Assembly (NCBI GenBank): GCA_964203565.1
Contig: CAXNMP010000004.1
Location: 50,413-114,412, forward strand
Reading direction: 5' to 3'
Source of the DNA: Limnohabitans sp.
GTDB taxonomy: Bacteria > Pseudomonadota > Gammaproteobacteria > Burkholderiales > Burkholderiaceae_C
DNA: 64,000 nt
Shown: piece after piece, positions 1 to 10,063 of the stretch
Layout of the letters: each line of letters starts with the position of its first letter
Position numbering within the stretch: position 1 is the stretch's first letter
Notes under the pieces: model-generated
The model's input: only the letters and a program-made list of their open reading frames with translations
Databases searched by the model: none
What the model was told of the DNA's origin: nothing
Made by a program: the position numbers and the translations under genes

Positions 1-2344
1 TGTCAATCATCATGTTGCTCAAGCCTTCAAGCCCGCGCGACGATTCCGGTAGACGCAGCACCAGGTTAAATCGCCGATTGCCTTCGACTACTTCCGTGAT
101 GCGTTCACCGTCAATCAGCGTTTGCAACTCTTGCAGCAATTTAGCCGGCGTGATCCCCAAACCCAGTGCCTTGTCGTAGTTGACCTGCACCTTGATTTGA
201 GGCGTTAGCACCTGCTTTTCAACTTCCAGATCGACGACACCCGGAATGGCGCTTAGGCGTTGCCTTAGGGTTTCAGCTTGCCCTCGCAGGCCATCCAGAT
301 CGTCGCCATACACCTTGATAGCGATTTGCGCACGCACGCCCGTGAGCATGTGGTCAATGCGGTGGCTGATCGGCTGGCCCAGGCCGATGGCGGCGGGTAG
401 TGGCGCAATGCGGCTACGCATGTCGGCGTAAATCTGCTCAACCGTACGGTCACTGCGCTTGAGCTTAATGTCTAGCTCAGACACATGCACCCCCTCGGCG
501 TGTTCGTCCAGCTCAGCTCGGCCAGAGCGGCGGCCCACATGTTCGACCTCAGGGACGCCAGCCAAAGCCTTTTCAGCAATTGCGCCAATTCGTACTGATT
601 CGCTCAAGGTCGTGCCGGGATTGAGCCGCAGGCCGACCAAGGCCACGCCTTCGTTGAACGGCGGCAAAAACGTGGTCGGGAAAAACGGCACCGCCGCAAT
701 AGCCAGCACTGCGGCCAGCGCGCCCGCACCGACCCAGGCTTTGGGGTGGTTAAGTACTTTTTGGAGCAGAACGGCGTAGTGTGTTTTCAGCCAGACTTGC
801 GCTTTGGTGTCGCCATGATCTAGGCTTTTCATCTGCGGCAGCAGGTAATAAGCCATCACCGGCGTAACAGTCACCGACACCACCATCGAAGCCAGCATGG
901 CCACGATGTAGGCGATGGCCAACGGCTGCATCAGGCGGCCTTCAATGCCAGGTACAAAGAACAGCGGAACCAGCACCAGCACCACAATGACTGTAGCAAT
1001 CACAATACCCGAGCGCACTTCCAGCGTGGCTTTGGCAATCAACCCCAGTGGCCCCAGACGTTTGTTGGGGTGCGCAGCGCGATCGATTTTCAGTCGACGC
1101 AGCACGTTTTCAACCCCTACCACTGCATCATCCACCAGTTCACCAATTGCTATTGTTAGTCCACCCAACGTCATGGTGTTGATCGATAGGTCCAAGTACT
1201 TGAACACCAGCACTGTCACCATGAATGAAATCGGAATCGCCACTAGTGAAATCAGCGTAGTGCGCACATTGGCCAAAAAGAAATACAACACAACTGCCAC
1301 CACGACAAACGCAAGCATGAGTTTGCTTTTCAAGTTATTTACCGACGACTCGATAAAGTTAGCTTGGCGCATGGTCACCTGCGCTTCACCCATGCCTGCC
1401 GGCTGCCCTTTTTTTAACTCTTGCAGCGCAGCTTCAACCTGACGCGTCAATTTGACGGTATCTGCATCGGGCTGCTTTTGAATGCCTAAGATGACTGCGG
1501 GCTGGCCGTTCAAGCCTGCATCGCCGCGTTTAATAGCGGCAGCGAATTTGACATCCGCCACTTGGCTCAGCTGAATCGGTTTGCCATTTTCAAACGCCAC
1601 AGGCAAGCGCTGCAAGTCTTCAATGCGTGTGGTGCGGCCAATGTTTCGAATCAGGTATTCACGAGAATTAAGCTCTAAAAACCCGCCGCTTGAGTTGCCT
1701 GAAAAGCCCTTGAGCGCTGCGGCAACAGATTCGAGCGTGATACCAAGCGCCGCCATGCGCGCGGTATCGGGTTGTACCTGGTACTGGCGCACCTCACCGC
1801 CAATGGGCACAACCTGCGCCACACCCGGAATAGTCAACAAGCGGGTTCGCATTACAAAGTCGGCGTATTCACGCACCGCCATCGGACTGATTTTGGTGGT
1901 GTCAATAGGCAGTGCAAGCAGCATGATCTCGCCCATGATGGAGCTAATAGGCCCCATGCCGACGTGCTCAATTTCCTGGGGCAATTGTTCGCGCACCAGT
2001 TGCAACCGCTCACCCACCATTTGGCGAGCGCGGTAAATGTCAGTGCTCCAGTCAAAGGTGACGTACACAAAAGACAAGCCAACACTGGACACACTGCGAA
2101 TGTTTTCTACACCAGGTATGCCGCCCATGGCCACTTCAAGACGGGTGGTGATTTGCTGCTCAACTTCTTCAGGGGCCATGCCGCCTGCTTCAACTTGAAG
2201 AGTGACAGTAGGTTTGTTCAGGTCGGGGAAGACATCAACTGGCATTTTCACCAACGTAGTCGCACCCGCGATCAGCAGCACAGCGCTCAGGACCAGCACA
2301 ATCAAGCGGTTGCCCAATGAGGAATGGATTAATTTATCAAACAT
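1..2344 (-). CDS. CusA/CzcA family heavy-metal efflux RND permease (runs off the left window edge)
   Basis: Manual translation from ATG at 2344: MFDKLIHSSLGNRLIVLVLSAVLL..KMPVDVFPDLNKPTVT..GGMAPEEVEQQIT..GPISSIMGEIM; missing from the ORF track because it has no stop in the window; follows adaptor and TolC genes. Confidence 0.92.
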   Translation of the reverse strand, partial: MFDKLIHSSLGNRLIVLVLSAVLLIAGATTLVKMPVDVFPDLNKPTVTLQVEAGGMAPEEVEQQITTRLEVAMGGIPGVENIRSVSSVGLSFVYVTFDWSTDIYRARQMVGERLQLVREQLPQEIEHVGMGPISSIMGEIMLLALPIDTTKISPMAVREYADFVMRTRLLTIPGVAQVVPIGGEVRQYQVQPDTARMAALGITLESVAAALKGFSGNSSGGFLELNSREYLIRNIGRTTRIEDLQRLPVAFENGKPIQLSQVADVKFAAAIKRGDAGLNGQPAVILGIQKQPDADTVKLTRQVEAALQELKKGQPAGMGEAQVTMRQANFIESSVNNLKSKLMLAFVVVAVVLYFFLANVRTTLISLVAIPISFMVTVLVFKYLDLSINTMTLGGLTIAIGELVDDAVVGVENVLRRLKIDRAAHPNKRLGPLGLIAKATLEVRSGIVIATVIVVLVLVPLFFVPGIEGRLMQPLAIAYIVAMLASMVVSVTVTPVMAYYLLPQMKSLDHGDTKAQVWLKTHYAVLLQKVLNHPKAWVGAGALAAVLAIAAVPFFPTTFLPPFNEGVALVGLRLNPGTTLSESVRIGAIAEKALAGVPEVEHVGRRSGRAELDEHAEGVHVSELDIKLKRSDRTVEQIYADMRSRIAPLPAAIGLGQPISHRIDHMLTGVRAQIAIKVYGDDLDGLRGQAETLRQRLSAIPGVVDLEVEKQVLTPQIKVQVNYDKALGLGITPAKLLQELQTLIDGERITEVVEGNRRFNLVLRLPESSRGLEGLSNMMID

Positions 2345-2368
2345 GATTTATATGGCTTAAGCTTTTGT

Positions 2369-4027
2369 TTAGCGCACTTGATTGACCAGCGGTGCGCCTT
2401 GCGACACCACCCTGTCGCCAGCCTCAAGCCCGTTCGTTACAGAAATCATGCTGCCACTTAGAGGGACGACGCGCACTGTGCGCGGCACAAATGTTTCAGC
2501 ACCTGTGTGTACCCACACCATATCCTGGTTGCTCGTGTTTTTGACCACTGCGGAGCTGGGCACAGCAAAGCCTTTGACAACTTCTTTGGTTTGCAGGATC
2601 ACCTTGACGGGCTGGTTAACAGCTAATTGCAGCGCTCCTTTACCCGGCTTAGTGCGAAACAATAGTGGAATGGCACCTTCACGCAGCGTGCGACCAGCAC
2701 CTGCAAATTGCAGCGCCACATTTCCATGGGTGCTGGTAATAGATGCTGAGGCGATGTTGCCCACCAAAGCGGCATCAAACGCGCTGGCCTCCACGCTCAA
2801 GCGGTTGGGGTCAACAATTTCAAACAACACCTCGCGTGCATCCACGACTTGGCCAGCGACCACATGGGTAGAAGCAATCACCCCAGACACCGGTGCTACC
2901 AGAGCTTCAAGAGCCACCAAGCTCGCGCCGATAGCTGCAGAGCGTTGCTGCAAGCTGCTGACATCTGATTTTGCAGCTTCAATATCCTTGGCTGGTACTG
3001 TGCCCTCAAGCTGCTCCAGCCTGGCTAGGCGCTTTTTTGCCAGTTCCAAGTTGCTTTGAAGCTCCGTGCTTTGTGACTGCTGGTTGGCACGTTCAATCGC
3101 GCTGGTGGATGCGCGCACCACGGCCAGCACCTCCCCTTTGCGCACGGCTTGTCCTAATGTAGGCAGGCCGCGCGGGCCTGATTCAATGCGTCCGGCTTGG
3201 GTAGGCTGCACTTTGCCACCTGCATTGGCGTCTGCCACCACACGGCCAGTCAGTTCAACTGCTTTGGGCAGAGAGGCTTCTTCGACTGCGACAGTGCGTA
3301 TACCTAATTGCCGCTGCGACAGTTTGGGTAAAAACACACCGCCATCTGCCTGGCGTTTGGGTGCGTTTCCACTGGCTGCAGGTACTGATTCTTCGCCGTG
3401 GTCGTGTCCTGGCCCAGCTATTGCAACAATTGAGACAGTAGTGCCAATTATTAGAGCGCAAGCAGCTAATAAAAACGTAACATTTGACGCAAAGGTGGCC
3501 GCGCGCCTGCGGCTTCGAATTGCAACAAAGAAAATAGCAGCAAGCAGCAGCGCACCGCTGGCATAGGCTGCCCAGCGCAACCAAGGTTTGCCGTTTTCAT
3601 CATGCGCATGGTCATCAATAGGGCCGTCAATTTTCAAGTCACCCGCCAGCAGGTCAGCGTCTTTGCCAGCGATTACCGTGAAGCTGACTGACAAGTCGCC
3701 CGGGTTGGTAAACACATCGTTTTTAAAGATGTAGCTGCCATCGGCTTGCGCCGCAGCAATGCCTTTGATATTGCCAATTTCAACTTCGATCTTTGCGTCG
3801 GTCACAGGCTCATTGGTAGTGAAACGGTCCAGGTAGATTTTCATCTCGTTGCCTTCAACCATGCCAACCAGTTCAAACAGGTCAGAGTGACTTGTCAAGC
3901 GTGGTGCGGCGGTGCCGGTTGCGGCGGTAGGAGCTTCGCCGTGGTCATGGCCTTCGCCAGCCCACGCAAAGCTAAAAAAAGTGCTCAAAACGACGGTGAG
4001 AGCTACTATCAAAACAGCTATTTGCAC
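2369..4027 (-). CDS. Efflux RND periplasmic adaptor (CzcB/CusB-like) with extra N-terminal His-rich domain
   Basis: 552 aa; GHDHG motifs twice; MFP signatures (APVSGVIAS, VPSSAVV..VWVHTG..F.PR.V, GLEAGDRVVSQGA). Confidence 0.88.
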   Translation of the reverse strand: MQIAVLIVALTVVLSTFFSFAWAGEGHDHGEAPTAATGTAAPRLTSHSDLFELVGMVEGNEMKIYLDRFTTNEPVTDAKIEVEIGNIKGIAAAQADGSYIFKNDVFTNPGDLSVSFTVIAGKDADLLAGDLKIDGPIDDHAHDENGKPWLRWAAYASGALLLAAIFFVAIRSRRRAATFASNVTFLLAACALIIGTTVSIVAIAGPGHDHGEESVPAASGNAPKRQADGGVFLPKLSQRQLGIRTVAVEEASLPKAVELTGRVVADANAGGKVQPTQAGRIESGPRGLPTLGQAVRKGEVLAVVRASTSAIERANQQSQSTELQSNLELAKKRLARLEQLEGTVPAKDIEAAKSDVSSLQQRSAAIGASLVALEALVAPVSGVIASTHVVAGQVVDAREVLFEIVDPNRLSVEASAFDAALVGNIASASITSTHGNVALQFAGAGRTLREGAIPLLFRTKPGKGALQLAVNQPVKVILQTKEVVKGFAVPSSAVVKNTSNQDMVWVHTGAETFVPRTVRVVPLSGSMISVTNGLEAGDRVVSQGAPLVNQVR

Positions 4028-4091
4028 CCGTATTGATTGGGCTATGGGTTTATTTGATGTATAAAAAATCTAAAAATAAAATTTTGGGCGT

Positions 4092-5360
4092 TCATGGAAA
4101 CACTCCGTGGGCTTGGTTCAAGTTTGCGATGGCGCGCTGCACATCAATGGCCGCGCGTGCCAGTGACAAGCTGGCTTCAAATTGTTCGTTGTCAGCGCGC
4201 AGACGGGTAGGCAAGTCGCTGTCGCCCAGCCGCCATGATTTAGTAATCAGCGTCTGCACCTCGGTGCTCAGGCGCACACGTTCGCTGGCCGCGATTTGAA
4301 CGGTGCGCGCAGCGAGCATCTCAGCATTAGCCGCAGCAACTTCAGCCAGCAGTTGACGCTGCAATGCATCAAGGTCTGCTTGGGACGCGTCTAATTCAGC
4401 ACGGGCCGCAGCTTGGCGCGGTGCGTTTCGGTTGTCGCCTCCTAGTGGAATTCGCAAGGCAACGCGTAGTGTGGTTTCATTGGAAGCAGCAAAACTACCG
4501 CGTTCGCGGGCAATGCCCACGCCCACAGACATAGGGTCACGCTTGTCAGCGTTTGCCAAAGCCAGTTTGGCTTGTGCGCCGCTTAACTGCGCTTGCGACT
4601 GGCGAAGTGCGGGGTGGTCTGCTGATATGGGCGCAGCAATGGCTTCATTGGCTGCCATGGCGGCAAGTTTTTCTTCAAGCGGTGCCACAGTTGCCAGCCC
4701 CGTAAGGCTACGCCACTGGCTTTGCACCCGCGCCAATTGGCCCTCTGCCTGCGCCATTGCCGCTTGCGCCTGCTGCACCAGCACTTGCGTTTGCAGGGAG
4801 TCGACCCGCGCGTTTTCACCCGCCTTCACGCGGCGCATCAAATCTTGCGTCAATGCATTTGCTTCCAAAAGCTTGCGCTTGTTCAAGTCCAGCTCAACTT
4901 GGGCTGTGGCTGCGCTGGCGGCAAGTGCCCGCAGCTCGCCAGCCAGCTTGAGTTTGGACAGCGCAAACTGGCCGTCAAAACCCAGTCGCTGGGCAGCAAG
5001 GTCGGCCTGGGTGGCAGCGCGAACGCCGCGATTCCAAAGCGGGAACTCAATTTCAGCTTCAAGTTCACGAAAGCCATCATTTTTATTGAGCCTGTCGGTG
5101 CGGTGCGCCAGGCCAGCAACAGCCTCACCAGATATCCAGCTGCCGGCAGCCTTTTCTTTGGCAGCCAGCTCGCTGCGGCGGTTGTCCAAAGAGCGTGACT
5201 GGCTACTGATTTCCCAGGCCGCGTCAAGCGCTTGCCTGAGCGTCGGCGGCTGGTTAGGGGTTTGGGCCAGCGCGCTTGAGGCCAGACAGGCAAGCCAAAG
5301 CGTAGTAAATATCGCGCTACGAAAAAACGCAGAATTTTTAGAATGAGAAAAATTAAACAA
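4092..5360 (-). CDS. TolC/CzcC family outer-membrane efflux protein
   Basis: 422 aa, signal peptide, Ala/Gln-rich helical repeats, ELEAEIEFPLWNRG and LRVALRIPLG beta-strands; operon context. Confidence 0.88.
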   Translation of the reverse strand: MFNFSHSKNSAFFRSAIFTTLWLACLASSALAQTPNQPPTLRQALDAAWEISSQSRSLDNRRSELAAKEKAAGSWISGEAVAGLAHRTDRLNKNDGFRELEAEIEFPLWNRGVRAATQADLAAQRLGFDGQFALSKLKLAGELRALAASAATAQVELDLNKRKLLEANALTQDLMRRVKAGENARVDSLQTQVLVQQAQAAMAQAEGQLARVQSQWRSLTGLATVAPLEEKLAAMAANEAIAAPISADHPALRQSQAQLSGAQAKLALANADKRDPMSVGVGIARERGSFAASNETTLRVALRIPLGGDNRNAPRQAAARAELDASQADLDALQRQLLAEVAAANAEMLAARTVQIAASERVRLSTEVQTLITKSWRLGDSDLPTRLRADNEQFEASLSLARAAIDVQRAIANLNQAHGVFP

Positions 5361-5432
5361 ACAAGGTCTCCGAAGTCAATCAAACTTCAGTGAACCTTTG
5401 CGCATTGCGCGCAGCGTTAGATTGCTGGCGCG

Positions 5433-5825
5433 TTAGCTCAAAAGGCTCACCACGGCGGGCGTGGTGTAAGACCATTTGGGGCGCTCAATGTTCGCGGTAA
5501 TGGCGCTGCTTGCGCTGCTTAGGTGGAATCTTGGTGCGGTATTTAACCGGTCAGTAATAAATCTAGTGCCGTGGGGTGTCAGCAGATAAGTGGCATGGCA
5601 TTTTTCACAGTGGGCTTGGCTGCAGCAGTCGGTGCAGTCGGCGTCCTGCGTGGTGGGTGCCTGTATGGCCACATCAGGCATTGTTTTGTGGTCGTGCTGA
5701 TCTTGGGAGACTAGGTCATGCGCGTGGTGAGCTAAATGCTCTGCGTCTGTAGTGGCATAAGCATTTGCCCCGCCAGACAATAATGCCAACCAAAAGATTA
5801 AAAAGTACAAAATCAAATTCTTCAT
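5433..5825 (-). CDS. His/Cys-rich secreted protein, CzcI-like
   Basis: Signal peptide, HLAHHAH, DCTDCC..HCEKCH, C-terminal IERPKW; first gene of the efflux operon. Confidence 0.6.
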   Translation of the reverse strand: MKNLILYFLIFWLALLSGGANAYATTDAEHLAHHAHDLVSQDQHDHKTMPDVAIQAPTTQDADCTDCCSQAHCEKCHATYLLTPHGTRFITDRLNTAPRFHLSSASSAITANIERPKWSYTTPAVVSLLS

Positions 5826-6087
5826 AAACTCAACTCTACCAGCAATTAATGGCGATCAAAGGATAACTACCAAAAACCTGTGAATTTTTGCGATTACTTC
5901 CTTACTTGTTTAGGAGTTGAACAGTGAAAACTCAACAGCCGAAAGAAGCTCACAGGCATCGGCTGTAGAGAGTTTTATTTTGGTCAATGAATTAACACTT
6001 TCAAAATTAAAAGCAGTAATTTAAGATAAGTCTCGACAAGTGCTAATGATTTTTGATGGGTCAATTAAGTTAAGTATCTGCAAGGGT

Positions 6088-6339
6088 CGTCAACCCTCCG
6101 CCTTCATCTGTTCGAGTCCCGATGGTGTCGTCGAAGTTTTGGGGTCAAAATTCGGGGGTCAAAACCTGAAAATCTAGGTTTTCACCTTGCCAGTTGCAAT
6201 ATGCAACTCTTGGCCAATTACACGAAATATTACACGGTGGCTATTTTTACATGTAAGTCATTGATTTATATAGACTTTTGACGAGCCTGGATTTCTGTTA
6301 AAGCACAGGTTCGCAATTCAAATCCGTGAAGCGCCACCA
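6088..6339 (+). repeat. Degenerate/chimeric att-like copy: left arm, IHF site, CTGTTAA loop and a diverged tRNA-like 3' half ending CCACCA
   Basis: 6216-6301 matches 12136-12221 (ACACGAAATATTACACGGTG..TAAGTCATTGATTTATATAG..GACGAGCCTGG.TTTCTGTTAA); 6295-6339 is 45 nt to CCA, the same register as the tRNA-Asn halves. Confidence 0.8.
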
Positions 6340-6545
6340 CAAAATACCTATATATAACCATCACTTAGAAGTAACTCTAGGTGTTTTTTTCTTGGCTATT
6401 TTTCATTGCATTGTCATCGCACAATCTTTACAGAGGCCAAATAAATGACATTGGGCTGCAGCCGGTATGGCTAACACACGCATAGGTCTTCGTAGTTATC
6501 GACTACCCGAAAAAATAGACCAGTGACTCAATAAGATTTGTATCG

Positions 6546-7742
6546 TCAAGCAGCAAATACCGACAAGGGCTCAAACTTGCCATTTAGCAAGCTTTGGCTG
6601 TTGGCCCCCATCCATTGTTCCATGACCGTGGCATACACACGGCGAAAGTCGACGGTGTGAAGCACATTGCCTTCACGGTTCAGCTTCGTCAAACTGGGCG
6701 CTTGTCCATAGTGACCGCCTTTGAGCGCTTGCCCTACCAAGTACACCTGGTTGGCCGTGCCATGGTCGGTGCCCAAGCTGGTGTTCTCAGCTGCTCGGCG
6801 TCCAAACTCGGAATACACCATCACCGTCACGTCTTTGTCTCGGCCAATGCGTTTCATGTCTTGCATGAAGCCACTCACACCATCGGACACATAGGTGAGC
6901 AAACGTTGGTGCAACTCGACTTGGTGTACGTGGGTGTCAAAAGCATTGTGTCTGTAAGCGGTTTGGTAAATGCGGGTAGGTAATTTGGCATCGATCATGG
7001 CGGCCACTTTGGGTAAGTCCATGGGCAAGATACCGTAGTCGACCGGTGTTTTGTAGTTCTGCCATGCCGCGCGCACTTGCTCTGAGGCTTGTCTGGCACT
7101 TTGCGCCACGTCTTCCAAAAACTTTTGCGAGGCATTGCGACCGGCCACTCCGTTGCTTAAGTCTTTGTCAATCAGGGGTCGGCTTTGGTAAAGCCCTTTG
7201 CGGCCAAACCGCTCAGGGTCGTCAAACACCACCGGCACATGGCGGGCTGCTCGCACGGACAAAGATTGGCGCTCATCAATATTGACCAAAAAATTGGGCG
7301 TCAGTTGTGGATCAATGGCGTCCGCCAAGCGACCCAACCAACCGTAGCTTTCGCCCCCATTGGGTACACCCGTGTGCCAATAAGCTGCAGAAGTGAAATG
7401 AGAGTAGGACGGGTTGTCATAGCCGCAACCATGCACCACCGCCATCTGCCCGTCTTTGAATAAACGCTCAAAACCCGCCATGCCGGGGTTGAAGCCGTAT
7501 CGGTCGTCAATCTTACGCAGTTTGTTGGCGCGGATGCCTATCTTGGGGCGCAAGCGGTAATAGGCATCGTCGGCATACGGCACCAAGGTGTTTAAGCCAT
7601 CGTTGGCGCCAGTGAGTTCCACCACCACCAGTATGCGTTGGCTGTCAGCGGCGAAGGCGTTTTGACCCAAGGGCAGGGTAGCGCCTAAGCCTAAGCCAGC
7701 TAAGCCTTGCAAAAACTGTCTTCGGTGAAAGGTGGTGTGCAT
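6546..7742 (-). CDS. DUF1501 domain-containing protein (Tat signal)
   Basis: Start moved to MHTTFHRRQFLQG; motifs LTGANDGLNTLVPY, HFTSAAYWHTG, FDTH, SEFGRR..EN.S.GTDHG. Confidence 0.88.
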   Translation of the reverse strand: MHTTFHRRQFLQGLAGLGLGATLPLGQNAFAADSQRILVVVELTGANDGLNTLVPYADDAYYRLRPKIGIRANKLRKIDDRYGFNPGMAGFERLFKDGQMAVVHGCGYDNPSYSHFTSAAYWHTGVPNGGESYGWLGRLADAIDPQLTPNFLVNIDERQSLSVRAARHVPVVFDDPERFGRKGLYQSRPLIDKDLSNGVAGRNASQKFLEDVAQSARQASEQVRAAWQNYKTPVDYGILPMDLPKVAAMIDAKLPTRIYQTAYRHNAFDTHVHQVELHQRLLTYVSDGVSGFMQDMKRIGRDKDVTVMVYSEFGRRAAENTSLGTDHGTANQVYLVGQALKGGHYGQAPSLTKLNREGNVLHTVDFRRVYATVMEQWMGANSQSLLNGKFEPLSVFAA

Positions 7743-7744
7743 AT

Positions 7745-9565
7745 TTATCCCAATTGGTAGGCTGGCAAAGACAAAATCACATGCAAGGCGTTGCGTAAAG
7801 CGTCCTCCATGTAACTGTCGGCAGCGGCAAGGTCTGAGGTGCCCAAGTCTTGGCTCAGCATGTCGGCAATTTGAGCTTGCACACTCGCGTCCACTTTCAC
7901 CGATACAAAACGCTTGATCAAATGCGCCACGGCATCCTGCGTGGTTTTGCATTTAGCCTCGCGCAGCATGGCCGACAGACTCAGCTTGGCAGGGCTTCGA
8001 TCTATGGGATTGACGTTCTCTATGGCTTTGCGCCAAGCGTGGTAGCTGGCCAAGCGTGTATTGAAATCTTCATCGCGGTCGCCTTGGTTAGACATAGACA
8101 TCTCGCCCATGTTTTTACCTACCGGCTTGGTGGCGGTGGTGATGTCTTGTCCTTGTGCCAATTGGTCTGCCACTGAAGTGATTTGGTACAGGCCATTGGG
8201 CACTCTGTCTGGGGCCACAAAGTCGATAGGCGGGTAAACAGTGTCATAAATCACATTGCCCCTTGCCAACAACAGCCCTGGGGTGATCCAACTGCGCCCA
8301 TGCGCCCAGCCCGCCACATTGGGTGGGTAGAACAATTTTTGCCCCAGCATCTCAGACTGCTGGTTGAAGTCGGGTAGACCCGGCACGGTTTTGAGACCCA
8401 TTTTTTTATAGGTAGAAATCAGCAACTCCACAGGCGGTTTGATGCGTGTGGCCACCGTTGCCTCGCTGTAAAAATCTTTGGATAACAAAACTGTTTCCAT
8501 GAAGACCGCGATGTTGTAGTCCGAGTCGCGAAGCAACTTGCCCAGTTGTTGCTGATAGACGGGCGACAAATCTTCCCGCACAAAGTAGCGGTAGAGCTTG
8601 CCGGCCAAATACTCGGCGGTGACGGGCTGAGCCAACAAAATATCTATGACCTGCTCGCCGTTGAAACGCCCGGTTTGATTCAGAACTGTCTTCAAGCCGT
8701 CGTCGTGCTGCGCGGGGTTGATGACGAATGTCAAACCTTGGTAATTCCAGCCAGTGAATGCCCGCGCTGCTTCGCGAATATCTTGTTCGGTGTAGTTGCC
8801 CACCCCCATGGTGAACAGCTCCATGATTTCACGGGCAAAGTTTTCGTTGGACGCGCCCTTGAGGTTGGCCGCTGCATCAAGGAAGGCCAGCATGGCGGGG
8901 TCTTTGGCAACAGCCACCATCAAAGTGCGAAATTTGCCGTTGGCGTGTTGGCGCAATACATTGTTTTGCACATGCAGTTTGCGGTAGTCGCGCACCTTTT
9001 CTTCGGTGGTGGCAAAGTGGCCATGCCAAAACAAAGTCATTTTTTCTTGAAAAGGACGTGGTGAGGTGAGCATGCGGTTGGCCCACCAGTAGCTCAAGCG
9101 GTGGGTTTCCAAACGCGAGGCCCTGAGCCAATACAAATAGCGGTCAGCCACTTGTTGCACTTGCCTGTTACCTGCGGGCTTGACTTTCACGCCCAAGGCT
9201 TGACCCGTGGCTTTGGCCAAGTCGGTGGCTGCGGGGCGGGACGCGGCAAAAGGCTCTAAACCTGCATCATGTGAACCCGAGTCTTTAAAGGGTTTGAACC
9301 TATCGGGTGTGGCTTGATAGCGCACCAGCCTTCTCACAGCTTGCGCGGGTGTCAATTTGGCGAGTTGTTCAATTTCTTGCGGTGTTGCACCAAAGCCGGC
9401 ACGCTCAAGCAAATGTTGAGCGCGCTCAAAGTTCCACTCGCGTTTTGGCAAGGGCTGGAGATCGTCGAGCCAAGGGTCTGCAGCTTGGGCATTGACTGCC
9501 AAGCCACTCAGCAACATGCAGCTGCATAAGAGCTTTGCAAAGGGCAAGCGGTGTAATGTCGTCAT
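7745..9565 (-). CDS. DUF1800 domain-containing protein
   Basis: HLLERAGFG, EKMTLFWHGHFAT, NENFAREIMELFTMGVGNYTEQDIREAARAFTGW; canonical partner of DUF1501. Confidence 0.9.
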   Translation of the reverse strand: MTTLHRLPFAKLLCSCMLLSGLAVNAQAADPWLDDLQPLPKREWNFERAQHLLERAGFGATPQEIEQLAKLTPAQAVRRLVRYQATPDRFKPFKDSGSHDAGLEPFAASRPAATDLAKATGQALGVKVKPAGNRQVQQVADRYLYWLRASRLETHRLSYWWANRMLTSPRPFQEKMTLFWHGHFATTEEKVRDYRKLHVQNNVLRQHANGKFRTLMVAVAKDPAMLAFLDAAANLKGASNENFAREIMELFTMGVGNYTEQDIREAARAFTGWNYQGLTFVINPAQHDDGLKTVLNQTGRFNGEQVIDILLAQPVTAEYLAGKLYRYFVREDLSPVYQQQLGKLLRDSDYNIAVFMETVLLSKDFYSEATVATRIKPPVELLISTYKKMGLKTVPGLPDFNQQSEMLGQKLFYPPNVAGWAHGRSWITPGLLLARGNVIYDTVYPPIDFVAPDRVPNGLYQITSVADQLAQGQDITTATKPVGKNMGEMSMSNQGDRDEDFNTRLASYHAWRKAIENVNPIDRSPAKLSLSAMLREAKCKTTQDAVAHLIKRFVSVKVDASVQAQIADMLSQDLGTSDLAAADSYMEDALRNALHVILSLPAYQLG

Positions 9566-9602
9566 GCTGAAAATCATAACCCTATGACTTTGTATGACCC
9601 TC

Positions 9603-9731
9603 ATGAAAATCGCTAGCCGTATTATGTTTGTTGTCGCCTGTGTGATTGCTGCGGTATCGGTCTTGTTGGCCGCTTATGTGGCGCACATGCGTGAGTTGAC
9701 CCCCACAGTACTCCCTTCAATTTTGCGCTAG
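9603..9731 (+). CDS. Possible 42-aa single-TM small protein
   Basis: Manual ORF MKIASRIMFVVACVIAAVSVLLAAYVAHMRELTPTVLPSILR; hydrophobic core; no homolog recognised. Confidence 0.3.
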   Translation: MKIASRIMFVVACVIAAVSVLLAAYVAHMRELTPTVLPSILR

Positions 9732-10063
9732 TCCTGGCCTCACCTTACCCCCACAAAAGAGCAAAAACCCACCACCCCTTAAAAATTCCCGCCCATTGAG
9801 ACTCCACCCATCCTGGACCCCCACTTATTGTCGATGACCCCCAGTCAACCTTCGCATACTAATTTGATCAAACGTTGAGCTTGTGGAAGTCTTCCCTTTC
9901 TTTCAGAACAAACTTAGGTATATGTATTTTTTGGAATACCAAACTCTAATGAAGCTACTTATAAAATTAGACTGTTGATTGTCCGACGTCATCGTGTGTG
10001 AGACAAATAGGGGTACTTGATTAAAGGTTCACAAGTACGCTTGGTGATGGGAACTGCGTCCGG

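Noticed and set aside
246-2320. Several plus-strand ORFs over 1-2.3 kb
   Set aside because: Antisense shadows of the minus-strand CusA/CzcA gene. The same applies to most short overlapping ORFs in the track (for example 4432-5346, 13408-14007, 23855-25057).
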